This document shows, in pieces, positions 19,335-27,758 of a stretch of DNA of 64,000 nt. A program made the translations under genes and the position numbers. The notes beneath the pieces were generated by a model. It did not search any database. It saw only the letters and a program-made list of their open reading frames with translations, and was not told the DNA's origin. The DNA comes from a virus (Duplodnaviria; Caudoviricetes), in the IMG/VR virus record IMGVR_UViG_3300006149_000006, positions 1-64,000 of that record; one strand, given 5' to 3'. Each line of letters starts with the position of its first letter. The stretch's first letter is position 1.

Positions 19335-20606
19335 ATGTCTGGAAAGCGAAAAGATAGTAAAGGTAGAATTTTACGAAATGGTGAAACTCAACGTTCAGAT
19401 GGCATGTATATGTATCGTTTTAATGACGCTGGAGGTGTTAGACGAACAATTTATAGTTGGAGACTGGTTGAAACAGATAAGCTCCCACCTCGAAAAAAAA
19501 CTTGTGAAGCATTAAGAGTATTAGAAAAGCAACTTGAACGTGATACTGCTGATGGAATTCAATCATTTATTGCTGCCCAAAAAAGTGTAAATGACTTTTA
19601 CGAAAAATACATGGGCATGAAAAACGAACTTAAACCATCAACCCGTGCATCGTATTCAAGAATATATGATCGATATGTAAGAGAAGGATTCGGTGAAAAA
19701 AGCATTGGTTCCATAAAATATAGTGATATTAAAAAATTCTATTTATCGATGTATTATGACAAAGGTCTAAAGCCTAATACAATACATTCCGTTAACACTA
19801 TCTTACATCCTCTATTTACACTCGCAGTTCGAGATGGCTATATTCGTTCAAATCCGGCCTATCAAGTGTATAGTGAGCTTAAAAAGCAAAACGCTTGGAG
19901 TCAAGACAAACGTCATGCCTTAACGTCACAGCAGCAGCTAGCTTTTGTTAATTTTCTTAAAAATTCGCCGGTGTATAACAAATGGCTTAACTTGTTTATT
20001 GTCTTTTTGGGAACCGGTTGTAGAGTTGGTGAGATTATAAGTTTGCGCTGGGAAGATTGCAATTTTGACGAGAACATCATTTCTATCAATCACAATATAT
20101 CTTTTTGTGGAACAAAAGAAAGTTCCAAACGTCAATATTTTATATCAACTCCCAAAACCAAAGCCGGAGAAAGAATCATTCCTATGATGAGTCCTGTTCG
20201 ACGAGCTTTACTAGATGAGAAAAGCAAGCAAATGGAAACCGGGTTTAATCAAACTGTCATTGATGGATATTCTGGATTCATCTTCAAGAACAAACGAGGT
20301 GGAATTCTTAATCCACCCCATCTGAATAAAGTGGTTAATCGTATAATTGCTACTTATAATGAAGAGGAAATCACTAATTCCAAAAATGAAATGAGAGAAG
20401 CCATACTACTTCCGCACTTTTCTGTCCATAATCTTAGACACACATTTTGTACCAGATTTTGTGAAAATGAAACCAATCTAAAAATAATTCAAGAAATCAT
20501 GGGGCATTCTAGCATTACCACTACTATGGATATTTATAATGAAGTGACTAAAGAACAGAAAAAGGCAAGCTTTGCAAGTCTCGAGGGTAAAATCCAGATT
20601 GAATGA
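19335..20606 (+). CDS. int: Tyrosine integrase (Tn916-like)
   Basis: R.D.KGR.L..GE.QR.DG arm-binding domain, TG.R.GE, H.LRH and MGH....TMDIY motifs. Confidence 0.95.
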   Translation: MSGKRKDSKGRILRNGETQRSDGMYMYRFNDAGGVRRTIYSWRLVETDKLPPRKKTCEALRVLEKQLERDTADGIQSFIAAQKSVNDFYEKYMGMKNELKPSTRASYSRIYDRYVREGFGEKSIGSIKYSDIKKFYLSMYYDKGLKPNTIHSVNTILHPLFTLAVRDGYIRSNPAYQVYSELKKQNAWSQDKRHALTSQQQLAFVNFLKNSPVYNKWLNLFIVFLGTGCRVGEIISLRWEDCNFDENIISINHNISFCGTKESSKRQYFISTPKTKAGERIIPMMSPVRRALLDEKSKQMETGFNQTVIDGYSGFIFKNKRGGILNPPHLNKVVNRIIATYNEEEITNSKNEMREAILLPHFSVHNLRHTFCTRFCENETNLKIIQEIMGHSSITTTMDIYNEVTKEQKKASFASLEGKIQIE

Positions 20607-20618
20607 TATGAAATTAGT

Positions 20619-20937
20619 CTACACCAAAACCTACACCACTTCAAAGCCTCATCCTGTTTATACACCAAAGTTTACACCATTTCATTAGACGAATTTAAAT
20701 ACCTTTAGTAACTTATAATTGTTAAACAAGCAAAAAATCAAACAAAAAGTGACAATTGGGAATATGCAGCAGCTTATAGATGTCACGGCCGTAGTCCGTA
20801 TGATACCACACCAGCTTTTAATTATCAACCAAAAATATTTCAATTTTGCACTAAAAAGGCTGAATTTATATGTGTTAAATGGTGAAAAGTTCATCCGCTA
20901 TGCGCATCGTTTTGAATTGTACACCAGCTTTACACCA
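20619..20937. other. attP: six TACACCA arm-type repeats in three pairs around a GC-rich core (about 20758-20817)
   Basis: TACACCA at 20620, 20632, 20661, 20673, 20920 and 20931, immediately downstream of int. Confidence 0.75.
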
Positions 20938-20984
20938 AATGAAAAAGGACTCTCGATATAGTATACAAATTTCTCATAATCCGT

Positions 20985-21023
20985 AAAAAATAGGGGTGCA
21001 GGCTAAATGCCCGTACCCCTAAA
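20985..21023. terminator. Terminator between the converging arms
   Basis: taggggtgc...gtaccccta stem with an A run on the left. Confidence 0.75.
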
Positions 21024-21070
21024 CTATTATGTAGATAATTAAACTCCATAAACATATGTATGTTTTTGAA

Positions 21071-21588
21071 TCAGCAATCGGGAATTGGAATATATCCATA
21101 CTGCTCTGGAAATCTTATTTTTGACCAGTTTATTTTTTTAGCTTTATATATAAGTTCTACGTACTGTTCGGCAGTTTTATGTTTCTTATATGTTGCAATA
21201 ATACGTTGCTTGTTTTGAATTGATAATCTCATATCTAACTTTAAAACTGTATTAGGAGCATAATTTTTTCTACTACTATCATACACAATACCAATACAAC
21301 CACGTATATTTCCTGCTAGCTTTTCGGTAATCAAAGTTGGTTTCCTATCATAATAATCGCCAATCATATTTGCTGCTAAGTTACTGGTTCTTACAATTCC
21401 CGGTAACACTAAAAGTTTTCGTTCAGTTGTTCCATCTTGAGCGAGTTCAAAATCATTAACACTCAATCTACGAGAACGGCAAAGAGTGTAAAAAGTATCT
21501 GGTGATAAATATTTACCTTCCGCAAATTTAACACCTGTTAGGTGCATAAAAATTGAAATAAAATTCTTAATGCTTCTTTTTTCTTCAT
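21071..21588 (-). pseudogene. PBECR4-like RNase gene, frame broken near the 5' end
   Basis: RBS + MKKKEALRILF at 21588 is out of frame with FMHLTG...K...L...Y.P.T.L; short N-terminus suggests an internal deletion. Confidence 0.6.
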
Positions 21589-21626
21589 GCGTTTTGTCCT
21601 CTATCTATTTTTTGTTACAAAATTTT

Positions 21627-21850
21627 AAGGGAGACTACAACACCGTAATGTTGTTCGCCTCCCTTTGTGACCGATTTTATCGTTGTTCGCCAGCATAACA
21701 GTTCCTTCAGGAAAACATCCCTTTCTACTGCATCTCTTTTGGGTTTTATCGTTGCCCACCAACACACAGTTCCTTCGGATAATCCTTCTACTGCATCAAT
21801 ATCGAATTTTAGGTGTCAGTCACACCAGAGGGATGCCGCCCTCTATCCAT
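21627..21850 (-). ncRNA. Structured RNA with two ~55-60 nt repeats and a 3' hairpin (candidate RNA antitoxin)
   Basis: Repeats at 21675-21734 and 21744-21797, hairpin at 21627-21665, own promoter. Confidence 0.55.
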
Positions 21851-21854
21851 TTTC

Positions 21855-21883
21855 ATTATATGCTAAATCACCTATTTTGTCAA
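21855..21883 (-). promoter_or_regulatory. Consensus SigA promoter
   Basis: TTGACA-17-TATAAT. Confidence 0.85.
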
Positions 21884-22046
21884 CAGGGAATTTTCGCTTT
21901 ATTTGGCGGTTTTCTCTCAGTTTTCGCCTAAGCCAGTCTGTGGATATCACCAAAACCCTAATCAAAACTCCACAGAGGTACGGAAACTAACCCACCACCT
22001 GATTCATCACTGTGATGGACGGTCTTACGGCCATCTATGTATTATT

Positions 22047-22075
22047 ATTTTACAAGAAATCTGGTCTTTTGTCAA
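22047..22075 (-). promoter_or_regulatory. SigA promoter of an upstream non-coding transcript
   Basis: TTGACA-17-TAAAAT. Confidence 0.75.
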
Positions 22076-22099
22076 CAAAACACATAATAATTTAGTCGA

Positions 22100-22573
22100 T
22101 TATTCCTCATGAATTTCGTTATGCTTTTCCATCCATTCTCTGTATGACCGTTTAATATTAGTAATCGCTAATACCGCACGATTATTTTCATATTCTGGAT
22201 GTTCCTTACAATGGTTTTCATAATAATCGATTGCCGCTATTGCCTCGAGATAATCCTCCATCGTATGCGGTAAATCACGGAGCAATTCACGGTTAAAACG
22301 TAAAATTTGTGTGCGACGTAAATCAGCAGTACGCTTATCGTCAAAATAAATATGCTCATCCAGTCGTTTCCGTGTTTCAGTTTGAACTATTTCCAATTTA
22401 TCTAACTTATCAATTACATCTTTATTGATGATTCTCCCTAATGCTTGTCCCAGTGCAGACCAGGGATTGATTTTAACTTTAGATACCTCTAAAAATGTAG
22501 AAAGAACCGCTACGATTATAACACAGTAACCAGTCAGTTGCCCAAGTCGAACATCCGCAACTTTTTCTAACAT
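22100..22573 (-). CDS. Holin-like or lysis-module membrane protein
   Basis: N-terminal TM + KINPW, R..IL.F and Y..YC..HP.Y.N; located in the lysis module. Confidence 0.65.
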   Translation of the reverse strand: MLEKVADVRLGQLTGYCVIIVAVLSTFLEVSKVKINPWSALGQALGRIINKDVIDKLDKLEIVQTETRKRLDEHIYFDDKRTADLRRTQILRFNRELLRDLPHTMEDYLEAIAAIDYYENHCKEHPEYENNRAVLAITNIKRSYREWMEKHNEIHEE

Positions 22574-22599
22574 TGGATCACCTATCTTTCACTAATATT

Positions 22600-22929
22600 T
22601 TATTCAGAATCAATAGAGATTTCAGTGCTAACCGCAGAATCATCAACTTGGTTAGAATCATAAATAGTAGTGCTTTTTACAATAGTCAGACCACTACCCT
22701 CCACAGCCTTGATAGATTCTTGAATATCTTCGATTGTATTTTTAATCCTTTCAGCATCAACTTTTCCTTCAGTAACAATATAGGTAACAACGGACATAAC
22801 AGACACAATAGCACCAGCCACTGTGCTGATAACTGTTTCATCAAGACCAAAGACCATAGCAAGACCGGTTACAACACCAGCTACAGCTGCCCAGAGTTTG
22901 CGACTAGTAATTTTTTGTTTCATATTCAT
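22600..22929 (-). CDS. Holin
   Basis: KITSRKLW, two TM helices and Y...EG..D. Confidence 0.75.
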   Translation of the reverse strand: MNMKQKITSRKLWAAVAGVVTGLAMVFGLDETVISTVAGAIVSVMSVVTYIVTEGKVDAERIKNTIEDIQESIKAVEGSGLTIVKSTTIYDSNQVDDSAVSTEISIDSE

Positions 22930-23014
22930 TTTTGATACCTCCTTAATATTTAGCAATGTAAAAGCACAGACAAACAAACAGTTCATCTGTGCTCTATTCT
23001 TTCTGACAATAATA

Positions 23015-23560
23015 CTAATTAGGTTTTAGTTTTTCAATTTCTACCTTAATCTTTCCCCTCGCTTTATTTGCATCGACTCTGTTATCTTTAATTGCCTTTT
23101 TTAACAAATCTTTTATTTCACCTAATGCATAGCGAACAATAAACTTTTCGTTTTCATCATCTGTTTTGGCATCCATTTTAACAATTTCTTGATAAAGGCT
23201 AGTACAATCCACCAATTTCTTTATCGAAATGTCAACAATGTCACAATGTCTGTTTTGCAAATCAGGAATAGGAATGTCTTGACCCGCATATGTTTGTTTA
23301 TAGTTTAGTGAACTTTTTAACAATAAACTCGTATCAATTACAATAACGTCCATTTTCGAGATTTCGCTGGATGTGACAGCAATAGCCAAAATTGCATCAT
23401 CTAAACTATCTAACGAATCAATCATCCATGTTGAAAGACATCCATTTGTTGTTCTAAATTCTGTTGTAGGAATATCTGCATTAAATTCCTCTACAACTTT
23501 TTCTTCGCAAAGATCATATAATCGATCTCTTTTAGCTAATTTCCTTACTAAAAAAGGCAT
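23015..23560 (-). CDS. ART/RES-like putative toxin
   Basis: FLVRK, RT..G.LSTW and H.DI pattern; last gene of a 3-gene insert. Confidence 0.5.
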   Translation of the reverse strand: MPFLVRKLAKRDRLYDLCEEKVVEEFNADIPTTEFRTTNGCLSTWMIDSLDSLDDAILAIAVTSSEISKMDVIVIDTSLLLKSSLNYKQTYAGQDIPIPDLQNRHCDIVDISIKKLVDCTSLYQEIVKMDAKTDDENEKFIVRYALGEIKDLLKKAIKDNRVDANKARGKIKVEIEKLKPN

Positions 23561-23561
23561 T

Positions 23562-24239
23562 TTAATCCGTTCCATCTCTTTCAATATATGTGATTACTTT
23601 TTCTACATATTTTTGCAACCATTTCGGATGACAGTCCAAGCTCTTGAGCGCGGCTAAACCTTTTTTTGAATTCCATCTTTCAAAGCTTTGAATCGCTCTA
23701 TCTCTAACAGCTAATGAGGTATTTGAGAGTAATCCCATAGCCATAATTTGTCCCTCTGGTTCAATATCTTCATAAGGAATTGAAGAAACCATTACCAAAA
23801 TACCTTCTAAAATATGTGGATTGTTCAAATTTGAAAGATAAAGTCTCATCAATGCTTCAACAATAAATTTAAATGTTTCCTCGCCGTATGAATCCTGTAT
23901 AAATGCCTCAGATTTTGAGGTTTCTCCATCAATGAATTCATCATGACTGATTATATTGTATATATCACTCATTTGGCAAGTAATGATTTTCTCCCGCTCT
24001 TTTTTCTTATAGGAAGCAATATTCTCTATAGTTTCTTCTTCGTAAGGAAGCAATTTTCTTTGTATAAAAAAAAGACCAGTCTCTGCTTTCTTATGCCCAC
24101 CAGTATTATGGAAATAAGTAGATGATTCGTAAGTGGGATTTCTTGTTTTATCAATAGATCCGAAAGGGTAAATTTTCTTTGAAGATTCATATAGATTGTT
24201 TTCACTCAAGAAAGTCAATTTGTCCGAAACATCAAGCAT
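23562..24239 (-). CDS. Hypothetical protein, helical C-terminus (putative antitoxin)
   Basis: Overlaps its upstream neighbour; VRD.AI..FE.W helical-repeat-like end. Confidence 0.6.
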   Translation of the reverse strand: MLDVSDKLTFLSENNLYESSKKIYPFGSIDKTRNPTYESSTYFHNTGGHKKAETGLFFIQRKLLPYEEETIENIASYKKKEREKIITCQMSDIYNIISHDEFIDGETSKSEAFIQDSYGEETFKFIVEALMRLYLSNLNNPHILEGILVMVSSIPYEDIEPEGQIMAMGLLSNTSLAVRDRAIQSFERWNSKKGLAALKSLDCHPKWLQKYVEKVITYIERDGTD

Positions 24240-24960
24240 TAGAAACCTTCCCTTCTAGATCAATAATAATATCCTTCACAATAGGCAAAATTTCAGAAAT
24301 AAATGATTTCAGATCGTCAGCAACAAATCTCATTCTTGTATTCTGTTGAAGCGTATTGATATCAACATGATAAAGCACCGCCACTTCTTCTCCTGTAGTA
24401 GATGTTGTACTCCTTAAATCTGTAATTGTATTTATTTTTTCTTCACGATCAGAAATCCGAATGGAAGACTGGGCATTACATTTTGTTGACCATTCGCACA
24501 TCATTTTATTCTCATAATATTTTGCCCCGTTTAAAAAAAGTCTGCCCAAAGTATTAATCTTATTCAAATCTTGGCATTCTGTTAACATTAGAATATTTGC
24601 AGCCAATCGATTTGCGGTCAACTTCAATTTCTCTATTATAGTTCCAATTACCCTTTCTGCCAAATCGTAGAATTCATCCATCTCTACTTCATAATCAGAC
24701 ATTTTATTAAAACTTACGTCAATGCGATTGTTTTGAATAACAACACTATATCGTTGATCTTGAGTAACAAATCCCAAATTGGAAATCAAGGATATTTTGT
24801 TTGATGGGACTTCAATTTGCTGAGTATTTACTATATTAGGCAGAAAAACTTCATTTGTTGATTGATTAAGTGCATTCATTAAAATAGTGACTATCTCAGG
24901 TGATGGAATAATTGAATATTCTCCGAATATCGATAATTGGTAATTCAATGCAACAGGCAC
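24232..24960 (-). CDS. Hypothetical protein (TIGR04255-like)
   Basis: GTG start after gagga; Q..R.D, RL..N and DINT motifs; promoter TTTACT-17-TATAAT at 24988-25016. Confidence 0.55.
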   Translation of the reverse strand: MPVALNYQLSIFGEYSIIPSPEIVTILMNALNQSTNEVFLPNIVNTQQIEVPSNKISLISNLGFVTQDQRYSVVIQNNRIDVSFNKMSDYEVEMDEFYDLAERVIGTIIEKLKLTANRLAANILMLTECQDLNKINTLGRLFLNGAKYYENKMMCEWSTKCNAQSSIRISDREEKINTITDLRSTTSTTGEEVAVLYHVDINTLQQNTRMRFVADDLKSFISEILPIVKDIIIDLEGKVSNA

Positions 24961-25193
24961 AGCTATATCCTCTTTTCTTTTTCTAATATTATAATAAATT
25001 TCATTAATAAAGTAAAGAACGCTTTGTAAATTTTTCATGAATTTTCCCCTTTCTGGTTTTGCTCATAACTTTTGTATCTACAGTATATTCGTTGACAGCA
25101 ATCAATATTCCTATATCTTGCTATATTATAATGCATTCATTTACCTTTGTCGTCTGCAGCATTGAAATCAAAAGATGATTTTTTGCAAGCACA

Positions 25194-25532
25194 TTAAATT
25201 GCTGGGCTATCCTCACTTCCCGTATCGATCTGAGTAAATCCATTTGCTTGAGCTGATGCGAAGGTAATTCCATCGCCGTTGCCACCCACGTTTTCAGCCC
25301 TGCTCTTATCTACAATTCTGCTAAGGACAATACTTGTAGCCGTTCCTATTGGAGTGAAACAAATGCTCCAACAGGCAAGCGCACCAGTGTATCCATAGCT
25401 GATACTACGCCATGCAAGGATAAAGCCGCCAGCAAGGCCAGCGGCTAAAAACAGCAGAATATACATAGCAAGACGATTGGTAAATCCAAGCTTTTCGAAA
25501 TGCTTGATGATCTTTGGTATACAATTTTTCAT
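25194..25532 (-). CDS. Two-TM membrane protein (holin-like)
   Basis: Two hydrophobic helices and KS.AEN; directly after the endolysin. Confidence 0.6.
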   Translation of the reverse strand: MKNCIPKIIKHFEKLGFTNRLAMYILLFLAAGLAGGFILAWRSISYGYTGALACWSICFTPIGTATSIVLSRIVDKSRAENVGGNGDGITFASAQANGFTQIDTGSEDSPAI

Positions 25533-25536
25533 AAAC

Positions 25537-26277
25537 TTAAGTCTTCCCCATCATCTGGGCAAATCGATACAACACTGTTACCAGCTGTTCACGAGTAAGC
25601 AAATCCGCCCACATGTAATTGGGCTGGCCGTCGATTACTGTTCCATTTCCAGTAATCAGACCATTATCGACTGCCCACTGACGGGCATCCGCACTCCACA
25701 TACCGCTATCATTATCCTGAAGCTCCTTACGCATCTCAGTCCAAAGCTCTCTGAATCTATTTACATCCATATCATCATCCTCCTGTAAACTCTTTTTAAA
25801 TTTTTCCCATAATGAAGCATCAGAAACCATTGGTGCCGGACACTGCTTATGTGTTACATCATAATGACGAACCACATTCTTAATTGGAATATTATACTCA
25901 TCCATTAGCGTCTGAACAAATGCAACCGCAGTTTTAATGCTTTCATGTCTAATATTTCCCTGCTTGTCCAGCATACAGATTTCTACACCAATACTGTTAT
26001 TATTTCGGCATGTCTTATGATAGTATTTATTCTTTGTACCGCAATGCCATGCATTATGATCCGGCGAAACACTGCACCATATTTCATTATCATCCACAAA
26101 ATAATGCGCAGAAACGCCTACATTTTCTCTGGCAAAATAATCCGCGTTATTCTTGGCCGTATCTCCGTAATTTCCGGTATAATGAATTACTATATACTGA
26201 ATTGACGACAGCGATCTAACAGCTCTCGTATAATTAGCTGGATTTGCTAATTTTGTATTGATACACATAAATTTCAC
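25537..26277 (-). CDS. Endolysin, N-acetylmuramoyl-L-alanine amidase (Amidase_2) with SLH-like tail
   Basis: IVIHYT, SAHYFVD, AWHCG, NSIG.E, RHYDV..K.CP and TREQ motifs. Confidence 0.93.
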   Translation of the reverse strand: MKFMCINTKLANPANYTRAVRSLSSIQYIVIHYTGNYGDTAKNNADYFARENVGVSAHYFVDDNEIWCSVSPDHNAWHCGTKNKYYHKTCRNNNSIGVEICMLDKQGNIRHESIKTAVAFVQTLMDEYNIPIKNVVRHYDVTHKQCPAPMVSDASLWEKFKKSLQEDDDMDVNRFRELWTEMRKELQDNDSGMWSADARQWAVDNGLITGNGTVIDGQPNYMWADLLTREQLVTVLYRFAQMMGKT

Positions 26278-26313
26278 CTCGTTTTTAAGAGATATTATAA
26301 TTATATCTTCTTT

Positions 26314-26433
26314 TTAATCCAAAACAATTTTTTGCATTTGTTCCGACGTAATCCAGTTTTTAGCTACTGCATTTTGAAGTGCCTGCATATTAATGCTTCC
26401 ATTTTTGTATAACCTTTTTAATGTTTCAAACAA
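26314..26433 (-). CDS. XkdX-family small protein
   Basis: FETLKRLY..G......L..AV.K.WIT..Q...I; RBS aggagg. Confidence 0.75.
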   Translation of the reverse strand: MFETLKRLYKNGSINMQALQNAVAKNWITSEQMQKIVLD

Positions 26434-26451
26434 AGTCAACCCCTCCTTTTA

Positions 26452-27303
26452 TCATGTTGTGTGCTTTAATGGGGCAAACGAGAAATATATTGGATAACTC
26501 GTGCCATTGAATGTAATCGATTGGGATGGGAACTGGATCGTTTGCGTTACGGTGTAGGTATAATTTGGTGAAATATAAACACCAGTTCCAAGATTATGAT
26601 TCCCATCAGGCATAGCGGTGCTCTGATTTGTTGTTAAATTATAAGTGTAATCACTTCCAATTTGCGATGCATAATTTGAATAAAATCTTGGATTTGAATA
26701 ATTAAACCGTGTTCCGTCAAACTTTATTCTACAAGTCACCGAAAAAGTAGAAGGATATCGTCCATCTGCTCGATAATAGTGTAAATAAGAATTCCTGGAT
26801 GGGCTTGGGATGTCTATTGTATAGCTCTCTAAGTTTTCAAATGTTTCATTTTCATATATTGCACAAATCCGATAGTTATTATATGTCCCTCTTGTTTCAG
26901 AATATGTTGTATTTGTAGTTGCAACAACTCTCGATAAAACATAATCCGCGTAATATGTTTTTGGATAACTTCTGTTATTATTTTTATAAAACCATTCCTC
27001 TGTATAGTAATTCTGAATTGTTTCTGATCTATATTTATAAATCGTATAGCTTCCGCTCGTGGATGTTCCTATGAATGATAGATCTTTATTATATTTTAAA
27101 ATATCCTCGTCACCGAGACCAACCCATTTGTTTGTCGGTATCGCTAGAAAATATTGTATTCCCGTCTCAGGGCCAAAGAATTGTCTTTTAATACCACTTA
27201 CACCATTATATCCATGACTTACATTTTTCACCACACCACTTACACCACATTTTACGGATGATACATTTTTAATTACACCACTCACGCCAACTGCAATGCT
27301 CAT
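26452..27303 (-). CDS. Putative fibre tip/adhesin (cassette 4)
   Basis: Three GVSGV.K repeats at the N-terminus; Tyr/Thr-rich body. Confidence 0.6.
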   Translation of the reverse strand: MSIAVGVSGVIKNVSSVKCGVSGVVKNVSHGYNGVSGIKRQFFGPETGIQYFLAIPTNKWVGLGDEDILKYNKDLSFIGTSTSGSYTIYKYRSETIQNYYTEEWFYKNNNRSYPKTYYADYVLSRVVATTNTTYSETRGTYNNYRICAIYENETFENLESYTIDIPSPSRNSYLHYYRADGRYPSTFSVTCRIKFDGTRFNYSNPRFYSNYASQIGSDYTYNLTTNQSTAMPDGNHNLGTGVYISPNYTYTVTQTIQFPSQSITFNGTSYPIYFSFAPLKHTT

Positions 27304-27743
27304 GGATTTTCCCCACTTCTTGCGAGTTCCGCAATCAATAAACTATCAATTACCTCTTGTTGCTGTATAATCATCTGCTCCGGCAAAGTCGTTTGAATCA
27401 TCTTAACCCATGCTACAAATATCTTTTGCGGATCATCCTCTTGCCCAATAGAAGAAACATTCATTGAGTTTCCAATATCTCCGATAGCACTTTCCTTTGT
27501 ACTACACCCCAATCCATAACGAATGGTAAAATGTTCGTGAACAAAAGACTCCCCATCTTCCGTATGAATAATAATCCTATCACAAAGTTCCGGCACAAAC
27601 ATGGCAGATAATTCATTCAAATCGATTTCTGGATTGAAAAGAAAAGTGTACGCTTCCCTTGATGTCCCCTGATAAAAACATGCACTGGAATGAACTCCTT
27701 CACAATTCAGCATCGTTCCATCCATAAGTTCTATTTTAACCAT
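27300..27743 (-). CDS. Putative fibre assembly chaperone (cassette 4)
   Basis: Follows the fibre gene; acidic with a short C-terminal coil. Confidence 0.5.
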   Translation of the reverse strand: MVKIELMDGTMLNCEGVHSSACFYQGTSREAYTFLFNPEIDLNELSAMFVPELCDRIIIHTEDGESFVHEHFTIRYGLGCSTKESAIGDIGNSMNVSSIGQEDDPQKIFVAWVKMIQTTLPEQMIIQQQEVIDSLLIAELARSGENP

Positions 27744-27758
27744 AAGTGTCCTCCATTC

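Noticed and set aside
20685-20961. Short ORFs across attP
   Set aside because: They overlap arm sites and core, and have no RBS
21675-21797. CRISPR mini-array or T-box riboswitch
   Set aside because: Only two long imperfect units with a 9-nt gap and no spacers; an S-turn plus pseudoknot is present, but no T-box stem I or antiterminator
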